A DNA stretch of 37,302 nucleotides, from contig SICO01000003.1 of the NCBI GenBank assembly GCA_009691435.1, positions 1 through 37,302 of the forward strand, read 5' to 3'. This DNA is from Candidatus Saccharimonadota bacterium (GTDB taxonomy: Bacteria; Patescibacteriota; Saccharimonadia; CAILAD01; BJGX01). Under the pieces are notes generated by a model. It ran no database searches, had not been told where the DNA came from, and worked only from the letters and a program-made list of their open reading frames with translations. The position numbers and the translations under genes are program-made. Shown piece after piece: positions 27,140 through 36,800 of this stretch (positions within the stretch are counted from its first letter, which is position 1; every line of letters starts with the position of its first letter).

Positions 27140-28468
27140 CTACTTTAATAATGTAATTGCTTCGGTGATTGTTGCCACAGCCAAATAATTTTTACCTTTG
27201 ATGCTGGATGGCACTATGGCATTTAAAAAGCCTAGTTTGCTAGCTTCACGAAGCCTTAGGTTGGGCATATTAACAGACCGAACTTCACCACTTAAACCCA
27301 CTTCTCCAAATACAACCGTATTTGGTTTGATAATTTTACCGCTCGAGGCGGAGGCGATTGCCAAAATAATTGCTAGGTCAATTGCTGGTTCGGAAAGTTT
27401 AATCCCGCCCACTATATTAACATATACATCTTGGCTACTCAAGCTTAACCCACCGCGCTTTTGCATCACAGCACACAATAAACCTAGTCTATTAATATCA
27501 AATCCATCGGCCACCCTCTTGGGATAACCAAAGACACTAGGGCTGACCAGAGCCTGTACTTCTACCAAAATAGGTCGAGTCCCTTCCATGCCTACAAAAA
27601 CTATACTGCCGGGCAGTTCCTGACGTTCTTGCAATAAAGCTTCCGATGGATTACTAACAGCACTCAAGCCCCCTTCAGTCATTTCTAGCATACCTACTTC
27701 GTTGGTAGCGCCAAAGCGATTCTTAACACTTCTCAATAATTTTATTAAACCATAGCGCTCACCTTCTAAATAAAGTACGGCATCCACTAAATGCTCCATG
27801 AGCCTAGGGCCAGCAACATTACCTTCCTTCGTAACATGCCCGATAACAATAAAGGCTGTATTGGTGCGCTTAGCTAACTGCACCAGACTATTGGTATTAT
27901 TAGTTACCTGGCTAATGGTGCCAGCCGAACCGCTTAAATGTTGGCTAGCCATCGTCTGGATAGAATCAACCACCACAAGCTGGTATCTGCCTGTCTGGGC
28001 ATGCGCAATTACTTCATCGACATCGGTAGAAGATAAAAACTCAAATTCGGTATTAAGACCCTTCAGCCTAGCACCCCTAAGTTTGACCTGCGCGGCTGAT
28101 TCCTCACCACTCACGTAGAGAACTTTATGCTTTCGTGCTACCTCGGCAGCTACCTGCAAGACAAGCGTTGATTTACCAATACCTGGGTCGCCAGCTAATA
28201 ATATTAAACTCCCCGGGACTATCCCACCTCCTAGTACCGAATCAACTTCAAGGTTGCCAGTACTCATACGGCTCGCACAAGAAGACTCTATTTCATGAAA
28301 TTTATCAGGTTTTGTTGTCGGACCAGATAGTCTAGTCTGCTTTGTGAAGCCGATCGTAACAGCCTCTAGCAGACTATCCCAGGCGCCACATTGCATGCAT
28401 TTACCACTCCACTTAGTGGTATTGGCGTTACAATTTTGGCAACTAAATTTAACATTTGATTTAGGCAT
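27140..28468 (-). CDS. radA: DNA repair protein RadA/Sms
   Basis: C4 zinc finger, GDPGIGKST, KNRFG, Lon-like C-terminus (GEVGLSGE). Confidence 0.98.
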   Translation of the reverse strand: MPKSNVKFSCQNCNANTTKWSGKCMQCGAWDSLLEAVTIGFTKQTRLSGPTTKPDKFHEIESSCASRMSTGNLEVDSVLGGGIVPGSLILLAGDPGIGKSTLVLQVAAEVARKHKVLYVSGEESAAQVKLRGARLKGLNTEFEFLSSTDVDEVIAHAQTGRYQLVVVDSIQTMASQHLSGSAGTISQVTNNTNSLVQLAKRTNTAFIVIGHVTKEGNVAGPRLMEHLVDAVLYLEGERYGLIKLLRSVKNRFGATNEVGMLEMTEGGLSAVSNPSEALLQERQELPGSIVFVGMEGTRPILVEVQALVSPSVFGYPKRVADGFDINRLGLLCAVMQKRGGLSLSSQDVYVNIVGGIKLSEPAIDLAIILAIASASSGKIIKPNTVVFGEVGLSGEVRSVNMPNLRLREASKLGFLNAIVPSSIKGKNYLAVATITEAITLLK

Positions 28469-28535
28469 ACCATAAATTATACACTCTAAATGTTATACGA
28501 ACAAATAGCGAATAACATTATGGCAATTTTAGTAA

Positions 28536-28564
28536 TTGACGTAGCAATTAATTTATTGTACAAT
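28536..28564 (+). promoter_or_regulatory. Near-consensus sigma70 promoter for the 48-aa ORF
   Basis: TTGACG, 17-nt spacer, TACAAT. Confidence 0.7.
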
Positions 28565-28594
28565 AAGCAATCGAGTGTACCTAGGGAGGCACAA

Positions 28595-28741
28595 ATGAGC
28601 ATACCAGGGAAAAAAGCAGAGCTAATCGTTGTAGTTGAAGGCTCTAAGGGTGAGATACTAGAAATGGCCACTGACATAGTGGAGTTTCTACGGAAATACC
28701 TACCTACCACTATTTCAGTCAACTACAAAGTTACCAACTAG
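28595..28741 (+). CDS. Hypothetical microprotein, 48 aa (start reassigned to ATG at 28595)
   Basis: GGGAGG SD at 28584-28589, own promoter and terminator; amphipathic beta-alpha-beta pattern. Confidence 0.7.
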   Translation: MSIPGKKAELIVVVEGSKGEILEMATDIVEFLRKYLPTTISVNYKVTN

Positions 28742-28757
28742 AATATTTCTAGAAACC

Positions 28758-28791
28758 ACCCCGCTTGATCAAGGCGGGGTTTTTATTTTTT
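28758..28791 (+). terminator. Intrinsic terminator between the convergent microprotein gene and clpC
   Basis: ACCCCGC-TTGATCAAG-GCGGGGT followed by TTTTATTTTTT. Confidence 0.85.
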
Positions 28792-28795
28792 ATGA

Positions 28796-31276
28796 TTATT
28801 TAATGCTGGCGCCGACCTTAATAGCCAAATTTATCTCGTCGTTCTTAACACCAATCTCAACACTATCACCAGGCTTAATCATTTCAGCAACAATTTCAGT
28901 AGCTAACTTATCTTCGATTAACCTTTGTACGGCGCGCCTCATGGGACGAGCGCCATTATTCATATCATAGCCCTTTTCAACTAACAAAGCCTTAACATTT
29001 GGTTTAAATTTAAGAACAATTTCTTTCGCATCTAGCCTACTGGCTAAATCTTTAAGCTGTAATTCTGCTATTTTAGCAATATCAATTCTAGATAAGGCCT
29101 TAAACACCACAATATGGTCAACGCGATTTAAAAACTCAGGTCGGAATTGTTTTTTTAGCTCAGACATTACTTTCTCCGTCATTTGCAAATGAAGCTCATT
29201 GAGCTTAGATTGCTCTTTGGGTGTACCTGTAGCAAAACCAATTTCTGCTTCCTTAGCCAAAACATTAGCCCCGACATTGCTTGTCATGATAATAATTGTA
29301 TTACTAAAATCAACTTTCTTGCCTTTAGCATCAGTCAGTACACCATCTTCTAAAATCTGGAGTAAAATGTTGAATATATCTGGGTGGGCTTTTTCGATTT
29401 CATCAAATAAAATCAAGCTATAGGGCTTACGGCGTACTTTTTCAGTAAGTTCTCCAGCATCCTCGTAGCCAACATACCCGGCCGGCGCACCAACTAACCT
29501 TGATAAGGTGTGTTTTTCCATAAATTCGCTCATATCAACTTTAATAATGGAGTCTTTATTGTTAAATAGCTCCTCGGCCAGAACTCTAGCTAACTCAGTT
29601 TTGCCAACGCCAGTTGGCCCTAAAAACATAAAAGAACCTATCGGCTTTTTAGGGTCGGCTATACCAGTACGGCTTCTACGGATAGACTTTGCGACTACAT
29701 CGACAGCATTATCTTGGCCAATGATTTTAGCTCTAATTGTTGCCTCTAATTTCTTGAGGCTTTCTATCTCGAATTCAGCAAGCTTTTCGACCGGGATACC
29801 AGTCGATTGAGCAACTACCTTTGTAATATCGCTAATTGTAACTTTAATTTTAATACTATCTTTATTTTTAGCTGTTAAGACATTAAGTTTCTGCTCGATG
29901 ATACTTGCTTCTGACTTCATCCTAGCGGCTAACTCAAAATCTTGGTTATAAACAGCGTCGTCTATTTGGGCCAGCTTAGCTTCGAGCTGCTTGGATAATC
30001 CTTTACCCTTAACGTCGCTACTAGCATGGAGAATTCTAGCTTGAGCTGAAGCTTCATCGATTAGGTCAATGGCCTTATCGGGCATAAATCTATCAGTAAT
30101 ATACCGCTTGGCAAGCTTAGCAGCCTCCTCAATTGCCTCATCGGTAATCTTAACGCTATGAAATTTCTCATACCTCGGCCTCAGGCCCCTCAAAACTTCA
30201 ATGGTTTCCTCAACTGTAGCTTCAGGTACAATAATTGGCTGGAAGCGACGCTCCAGGGCGGCATCCTTTTCGATATATTTTCTGTACTCATCTAGGGTAG
30301 TGGCACCTATTGTCTGAACCTCGCCGCGAGATAAAGCGGGTTTTAGGATATTAGCAGCATCAATTGCACCTTCAGCACTACCAGCACCGACTACATTATG
30401 TAATTCATCTATAAACAATATAATATTAGGCGAGGCAATCGCTTCATCAATAATTTTTTTGAGTCTTTCCTCAAATTCGCCTCTAAATTTAGTACCTGCG
30501 ATAACTGATGCCATATCAAGCATCATAAGCCTTTTGCCCTGCAACATCTCTGGTACCTTTTCGTCAACAATACGTTTAGCTAAACCCTCTACAATGGCTG
30601 TCTTGCCAACACCTGGCTCGCCAATTAAGACAGGGTTATTCTTGCTACGTCTATTAAGGATCTGGATCATTCTATCAATTTGGGTTTCTCGGCCAACCAC
30701 TGGGTCTAGTAAGTCTTTTAGTGCCTTGGCTGTCAGATCGATACCAAAGTGGTCGAGAGCAGGGGTTTTGGTGTGCTTTGAACTAGCTTTGTTCGATGCT
30801 CCGACAGGAACCTCGACCTGAAATGGTTGTGAATCCAAATATTTTTCGAGTTCACCCCTAACTGCTATAGGGTCAATACCCATATCCTTCATAATCGAAA
30901 TGGCCCTAGAGTTCTTTTGGCTTAAGATTGCAAAAAGCAAATGCTCGGTGCCAGCATAGGGTTGGCCATGCTGCTGGGCGATACGCAGGGCAGAGGTAAT
31001 GGTCTGCTTGGCTGTTTCAGAAAACTCAATAACACCTGACGGAGTAGAAGTTTGGATATTATGATTACCATATACTGGTACATTATCAATCCTTACTCCC
31101 ATATCAGATAAAAGGCGGGCTCCAATTGACCCCTGAGCTTTAAGCATTCCAAGCAATAAATGTTCGGTACCAATATAATTCGAGCCCATATTAATTGCCA
31201 TTAGCCCAGCATTCTCTAAGCTTTTCTTAGCATTTTGTGTAAATCTATCGAAATGTTTTAAAAAATCTTCTTGCAT
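28796..31276 (-). CDS. clpC: ATP-dependent Clp protease ATP-binding subunit ClpC
   Basis: Two Clp-N repeats (TEHLL), GEPGVGKT, UVR-like middle domain, GPTGVGKT, GYVGY. Confidence 0.95.
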   Translation of the reverse strand: MQEDFLKHFDRFTQNAKKSLENAGLMAINMGSNYIGTEHLLLGMLKAQGSIGARLLSDMGVRIDNVPVYGNHNIQTSTPSGVIEFSETAKQTITSALRIAQQHGQPYAGTEHLLFAILSQKNSRAISIMKDMGIDPIAVRGELEKYLDSQPFQVEVPVGASNKASSKHTKTPALDHFGIDLTAKALKDLLDPVVGRETQIDRMIQILNRRSKNNPVLIGEPGVGKTAIVEGLAKRIVDEKVPEMLQGKRLMMLDMASVIAGTKFRGEFEERLKKIIDEAIASPNIILFIDELHNVVGAGSAEGAIDAANILKPALSRGEVQTIGATTLDEYRKYIEKDAALERRFQPIIVPEATVEETIEVLRGLRPRYEKFHSVKITDEAIEEAAKLAKRYITDRFMPDKAIDLIDEASAQARILHASSDVKGKGLSKQLEAKLAQIDDAVYNQDFELAARMKSEASIIEQKLNVLTAKNKDSIKIKVTISDITKVVAQSTGIPVEKLAEFEIESLKKLEATIRAKIIGQDNAVDVVAKSIRRSRTGIADPKKPIGSFMFLGPTGVGKTELARVLAEELFNNKDSIIKVDMSEFMEKHTLSRLVGAPAGYVGYEDAGELTEKVRRKPYSLILFDEIEKAHPDIFNILLQILEDGVLTDAKGKKVDFSNTIIIMTSNVGANVLAKEAEIGFATGTPKEQSKLNELHLQMTEKVMSELKKQFRPEFLNRVDHIVVFKALSRIDIAKIAELQLKDLASRLDAKEIVLKFKPNVKALLVEKGYDMNNGARPMRRAVQRLIEDKLATEIVAEMIKPGDSVEIGVKNDEINLAIKVGASIK

Positions 31277-31328
31277 AATTCTTACCCTTCTCTAATTCTA
31301 GCAAATTTTATTTTTTATGTCTGTTTAT

Positions 31329-32531
31329 TTATTTTTTGGTAGCTTTTGAATCCTTTGCTTTTTTAGGTACTGCAGGAACATCTACTTGTTCTGGAGCAAT
31401 ACCATTCTGGTTAGATGCTGCAATAATGGCATCTTCTATATCGGAGGTTCTTTTGGGCTTAGGGGTTGTTTCTACTTCCTTTGCAGTCGATTCGATACCA
31501 GCATCATCGGTGCCATCAATATCAACATTCCATCCTGTTAGTTTGGCGGCTAGCCGAACATTTTGTCCTGACTTACCAATAGCCAAACTTAGTTGGTCTT
31601 CAGGGACCTTAACCAGTGCTTTTTTGGTATCATCATCTAATTTAACGCTGATGACCTTAGTTGGTGACAAGGCATTAGTAATATACACCTTAGGGTCTTC
31701 GCTATAAGCAATAATATCAATTTTTTCTTCACCCAATTCGCTCATAACAGCCTGGACTCTTGTTCCCCTACCGCCAACAAATGTACCTACTGGGTCGACG
31801 CCCTCGACATTTGACTTAACAGCAACTTTAGTTCGAGCCCCTGCTTCGCGGGCTATACCAGCTATTTCAACGCTGCCGTTGGCAATTTCAGGAACCTCTA
31901 ACTCAAAGAGGCGCCTAACCATATCTGGATGCGTTCTACTCACCACAATCTGTGGTCCCCTGTTAGTTTGCTCTACTCTTACCACGAAAACCTTAATCCG
32001 CTGGGCGGGATAATATTTTTCATTTGGTATCTGATCGCTTGGGAACATGACCCCAGTAGCCTTGCCTAGGTCTATAAAGGCATTGCCATTTTCAAACCTT
32101 TGAACATTGGCATTGATAATCAAACCTTCTTTATCACTGAATTCACTAAAGATAACTTCGCGTTCGGCTTCACGAATACGCTGAACAATAACCTGCTTGG
32201 CTGTTTGGGCGGCCACTCTACCGAACTCTTTGTTATTTTCTTTGATTTCAATAGTATCCCCAAGAACTACGTTTTTCTTTAACTTCTTAGCGTCAGCTAG
32301 TAATAATTGCGTCATTGGATCTTCAATGCTCTGCACGACTTCCTTAGTAATAAAAATGCGAGCCTCACCGCTGTCAGGATTTAATTCGGCTCGTACTGCC
32401 TGCTCTTTATCGCCGAAGTCTTTCTTGTAGGCTGCGACTATCGCGGCCTCAATAGCCTCTAATACCATATCTTTAGATATGCCTTTTTCTTCGCATATTT
32501 GCTCTATTGCTGATAAAAATTGATTTTGCAT
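31329..32531 (-). CDS. nusA: Transcription termination/antitermination factor NusA
   Basis: [36 protein letters not shown]; GGAG SD. Confidence 0.97.
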   Translation of the reverse strand: MQNQFLSAIEQICEEKGISKDMVLEAIEAAIVAAYKKDFGDKEQAVRAELNPDSGEARIFITKEVVQSIEDPMTQLLLADAKKLKKNVVLGDTIEIKENNKEFGRVAAQTAKQVIVQRIREAEREVIFSEFSDKEGLIINANVQRFENGNAFIDLGKATGVMFPSDQIPNEKYYPAQRIKVFVVRVEQTNRGPQIVVSRTHPDMVRRLFELEVPEIANGSVEIAGIAREAGARTKVAVKSNVEGVDPVGTFVGGRGTRVQAVMSELGEEKIDIIAYSEDPKVYITNALSPTKVISVKLDDDTKKALVKVPEDQLSLAIGKSGQNVRLAAKLTGWNVDIDGTDDAGIESTAKEVETTPKPKRTSDIEDAIIAASNQNGIAPEQVDVPAVPKKAKDSKATKK

Positions 32532-32574
32532 AATTCTCCTATTAAATTGTTATTAAATTGTATGAGCCTTGAAT

Positions 32575-32603
32575 AAAAAAGCCGGCAGATCATTGCAACC
32601 GAC
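32575..32603 (-). terminator. Attenuator-like terminator in the nusA leader
   Basis: GTCGG...CCGGC hairpin followed by T6, between the promoter and nusA. Confidence 0.55.
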
Positions 32604-32632
32604 AGTTTCATTCATTTCAGACTATACTAGAT

Positions 32633-32662
32633 ATTGTAATGCTTCTAGCACTCTTATGTCAA
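32633..32662 (-). promoter_or_regulatory. Sigma70 promoter for nusA
   Basis: TTGACA, 18-nt spacer, TACAAT. Confidence 0.7.
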
Positions 32663-32667
32663 GACTG

Positions 32668-33024
32668 CTAGTGCTGTTCAATGGCATTTTCTATAAAGGT
32701 TATTTGTTGATTGCCACTGATTGAAATTATATCAAGGCGTGGCTGTAATTTTAGATATTCTGGATTTTGATGGAGCCAATATTCAAAGGCTCTAGAGATT
32801 CTTCTTTTTTTATCCTCAGAAACTGCCCCCAACCCACCACCATAGCTATTATTACTACGGAACTTTACTTCTACGCTACATATATACTCTGTATTTCTTG
32901 AGATAATATCTATTTCACAAAAGCGGTTTTTAAAGTTACGTTGTAATATTTCGTAACCTAAATTCTCTAAATATTGACAGGCCTGTTGTTCGGCTCTTAG
33001 GCCTACTGCCGTTGTATTTTTCAT
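32668..33024 (-). CDS. yraN: YraN family (UPF0102) putative endonuclease
   Basis: G..AE..A..YL...GY.IL.RN, EIDII, VEVKFR, RLDII. Confidence 0.92.
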   Translation of the reverse strand: MKNTTAVGLRAEQQACQYLENLGYEILQRNFKNRFCEIDIISRNTEYICSVEVKFRSNNSYGGGLGAVSEDKKRRISRAFEYWLHQNPEYLKLQPRLDIISISGNQQITFIENAIEQH

Positions 33025-33099
33025 AGATAATTTTTTACTAAACTGTTGTGCCGCTCTGGAGCTTAGGTTAGATCGTAGCAGGATAAATAAAAATTATAT

Positions 33100-33747
33100 T
33101 TATTTCTCGGCTTTATCTGCGCCGGCCTGGAACTCTTCAGCTGGGAGTTGGGCCTCATCTTCACCGTCGGTGTTTATTTGTTCATCGGCAGTTTTGTCTT
33201 TGGGTGCCTCATCGCCGGTGGCATCGTCTTTGCTAGCTCGCTTGTTTTCTTGCTTGGCTAGCGTATCGGTACTTTCATCGACTTGGTTGAGCTCATCCTC
33301 ATTAGCTACAGGCTTAGCCTCGGAGTCTACTTGGGCCTGCTCCTCCTTGGCAAGCTGCGCAGTTGTACGCTCATCGGATTCATTGGCGATATTTTTATCA
33401 AAGCCTTGCTCTGTCATTCGAGCTGATTTGCCAGATCTTGAGCGCATATAACCCAGTACGGCCTGGCGCACTTTGCTCCTCTTGGTAATTTGAATCTTTT
33501 CAACGCTAGGGCTATGGACGAACCAACTCTTTTCAACACCAATGCCAGAGGCTACTTTTCTAACTGTGATAATTGCTCCAATACCTCCCGACCGACGGTA
33601 GCTGATTACAAGCCCTTCAAAAATTTGAACGCGCTCTTTCTTACCTTCTTTGATTCTTTGGTGTACGCGAACAGTGTCGCCGACACGAATATCAGAAATC
33701 TTTTTCTTAAGAGAGCCTTTTTCTATTGCGCTTAGTGCTTCTTGCAT
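33100..33747 (-). CDS. rplS: 50S ribosomal protein L19 with long acidic C-terminal extension
   Basis: GDTVRVH, EGKKERVQIFEG, VRKVASGIGVEK, KVRQA. Confidence 0.95.
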   Translation of the reverse strand: MQEALSAIEKGSLKKKISDIRVGDTVRVHQRIKEGKKERVQIFEGLVISYRRSGGIGAIITVRKVASGIGVEKSWFVHSPSVEKIQITKRSKVRQAVLGYMRSRSGKSARMTEQGFDKNIANESDERTTAQLAKEEQAQVDSEAKPVANEDELNQVDESTDTLAKQENKRASKDDATGDEAPKDKTADEQINTDGEDEAQLPAEEFQAGADKAEK

Positions 33748-33756
33748 AACGAAACA

Positions 33757-33785
33757 ATTCTATCACATCTCACTACATCTGGCAA
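33757..33785 (-). promoter_or_regulatory. Sigma70 promoter for rplS
   Basis: TTGCCA, 17-nt spacer ending TGA, TAGAAT, 9 nt, ATG. Confidence 0.7.
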
Positions 33786-33819
33786 TACTACAATAGTGGC
33801 ATGATTTAAGTCATTCAGG

Positions 33820-36800
33820 CTAAGCTTTTATGATAGTTTTGACTACAATATTAGTATTACCAGCAATAGCTTTTAGGGCGGCAATAAGTCCGTCCGAGAT
33901 AGCTACGCCACCAGGTAATTTTAGTTTCTGATTAGTTTTTGCGAAATCTAGCGTAACCTCGCTATCACCCGGATGCCCATCTAGCAAAGCCTTGATTTTA
34001 ATAAGCTCATCGGTGTCTGTAATGGATGCTAGCTTAATTGTTAAATTTGACTGTTCTAGGGTAGCTTTAGGTTCAGGCGGAGCTAGCCACTTACGCATCA
34101 CCTCGGCATCTAATATTTTAACTTTATCGGCAATAACTTTTAATTCATTAGTTGGGTTCCCGTCTCGATCCTTGGCATTGATCTTGCCCTCTATGACCAC
34201 GACATTATCTACAATTAAAGCCTGCTCAAATTTATTAAAGGTCTTGGGAAATACAATAACTTCAAGGTCTCCATTTAATGTTTCAACGACAACAAAAGCC
34301 ATTGGGTCGTTTTTGCGCGTGTATATTTTACGCATCGAAGTAATAATCCCACCCACAACAATCTGCTTGCCATCATCAGACTTCGTATAGTTTTTCATTT
34401 CTTTAGTCTTGTTTTTAAGATAGTTTTTAAAATCATCAAGTGGATGATTGCTAATATATAAGCCCAGTAGTTCCTTTTCCCATACTAGGTTTTGCCTTGG
34501 GTCCATCCTGTTGGTGGGGTTATCCATACTAATTGGTGGGACCTCCTGATCTGCACTTAAAGATCCAAAAATATCAATTTGCCCTGACAGGGCATTTTTC
34601 TGGACCCTGCTGGCATAGGAAGTAATTTTATCAACATTAAATAGTAGCCTTTGGCGCTCACCTAGATTATCAAATGCCCCGCATTTTATTAGACTTTCCA
34701 TAACCTTCTTATTGACAACAGATGCATCGACTCGCTTCGCAAAATCTTCAACTGACTTAAATGGCCCATCTTCTCTAGCACCTATAATCCTTTCAATCGG
34801 ACCTTGCCCAACATTTTTAACAGCCCCTAGCCCGAAACGTATATTACCAGACTCTGGGACGACTGCAAATTCTCTGTACGATTCATTAATATCTGGGGGC
34901 AAAACTTCTATCTGCATCTTACGACATTCTGCAACTTCAATGCCTATTCTATCTAAATTCTCATGGTCGCTGGTCAATAAGGCTGCCATAAAAGCCGAGG
35001 GGTAATGACTCTTTAAGTACGCCGTCTGGATAGCCACTAAAGCATAGCAAGCAGCGTGTGATTTATTAAAACTATAAGCTGCGAAATCCTCTAAACTCTT
35101 CCATAAATCCTCGATAAATTTCTTTTCTACTTGAGAGTTTTTAATTGCACCATCAATAAATTGCTTTTTCATCTTGGCCAAAACCTCTGGATTTTTTTTA
35201 CCAATACCCTTACGAAGAATGTCGGCCTGGCCGCCAGTAAAACCACTCAAATCTTGAGCTATTTTCATGACCTGTTCTTGATAAACAATAATGCCATAAG
35301 TCTCCATCAGGGCTTCCTTCATTTTGGGGTGCCCATAGGTTACAAGCTCTGGCTTGTATTTACGATTAATAAAATCCTCAATCCACTGCATTGGGCCTGG
35401 GCGATAAAGCGCGCCCATGGCGATAATATCCTCGAATTTATCTGGCTTAAGCTCTTTTAAATACCTCTTCATACCAGCTGACTCCAATTGGAATACTCCA
35501 GTGGTATCGCCTCGGCTTAATAGTTCAAAAGTTTTTTTATCATCTATCGGGATATCATTAATTTTAAGGTCCTTCTTATAGACTTTCTTAACAATTCTTA
35601 GTGTGTTTTTTATGACAGTCAAATTAGACAATCCTAAAAAATCAAATTTTAATAATCCTAAATCCTCAAGAGGGTTCATAGAATATTGAGTTGCTATACC
35701 GCCTTTGCTGGCTCTAGTGAGTGGGGTATATTCTACGAGCGCTTCTGGTGCTATTACCACGCCAGCGGCATGTGTGCCGGCATTTCTAATGGTACCTTCT
35801 AGTTGCATAGCAATGTCAATAATTTCCTTAGCCGTTGGGTTGCCCATATATATTGCTCGCAGTTCTGCGTTTTGAGCTATGGAAACACCGAGCGGAATAT
35901 GCCGGCCTTGCACTGGTGGGGGGATATTTTTCGCTATAGCATCGACTTCTGAATATGGTACCCCCAGTACCCGCCCGGTATCCCTAACGGCATTGCGAGC
36001 AGCCATTACCCCAAAGGTAATTATCTGCGCAACTCTGTCTTGACCGTATTTCTCGGTGGCATAAGCCATGACCTCTTCACGACGATCGTCGGCATAGTCC
36101 ATATCAATATCTGGCATACTAGTTCTATCTATATTCAAAAACCGCTCAAACAACAGGCCATATTTGATAGGGTCAATTTCTGTGATATTAGTACAATAAG
36201 CAATGATACTGCCGGCTACGCTCCCTCGACCGGGACCACAGACTATACCGCGATTTTTACTCCAGTTAATTAAGTCCGCCACGATTAGCATGTAGCCTTC
36301 ATATCCCATCTTGCCAATAACCTTAAGCTCGGACTCAATCCTATCTAAGACGATCTTGCTTAATTTACTCCTTATCTTTGTTTCGGTAATTTTATCTAAA
36401 TCTTCCTTGGGAATATCGGTGTAGCGGTTAGCTGCACCCAAATAAACTAGGCTTCGAAGGTAACTCTTTTCGGTTGCTCCTTTCGGCACACTAGGAAAAC
36501 GTGGAATAAGTATTTTACCAAACTCGATTTCTAAATTACACATCTCGGCAATTTTAACAGTATTAGCGATAGCCTCTGGGGTATCCTTAAACCTGTCCAT
36601 AAAGAACCTACCGGGCTGTACCGAGAGGTCCATGTCTAGCCTCATCCTATTGGTGTCTTTTACATTGGACCCTGTCTGAACACACAAGAGAATATCGTGT
36701 GGATAATGGTCGGCTTCGGTCGCATAATGGCAATCGCCAGTGGCCACTAGGCCAATATCTAATTTTTTAGATATTTCCTTCAATGCTGCATTAAGTTTTT

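Noticed and set aside
28519-28531. 13-bp match TATGGCAATTTTA shared with the tuf leader (1896-1908, opposite strand)
   Set aside because: AT-rich 13-mer matches are expected by chance in 37 kb
28486-28722. 78-aa minus-strand ORF, and the 83-aa long form of the plus-strand ORF from 28490
   Set aside because: Promoter, SD and terminator all support the plus-strand 48-aa ORF starting at 28595
31277-31328. CtsR or CIRCE operator upstream of clpC or clpP
   Set aside because: No heptad direct repeat or CIRCE inverted repeat is visible
654-36273. Numerous 60-150 aa ORFs antisense to, or nested in, tuf, fusA, rpoB/C, clpP, clpC, nusA, dnaE and others
   Set aside because: Shadow frames of conserved genes, with no independent motifs or expression signals
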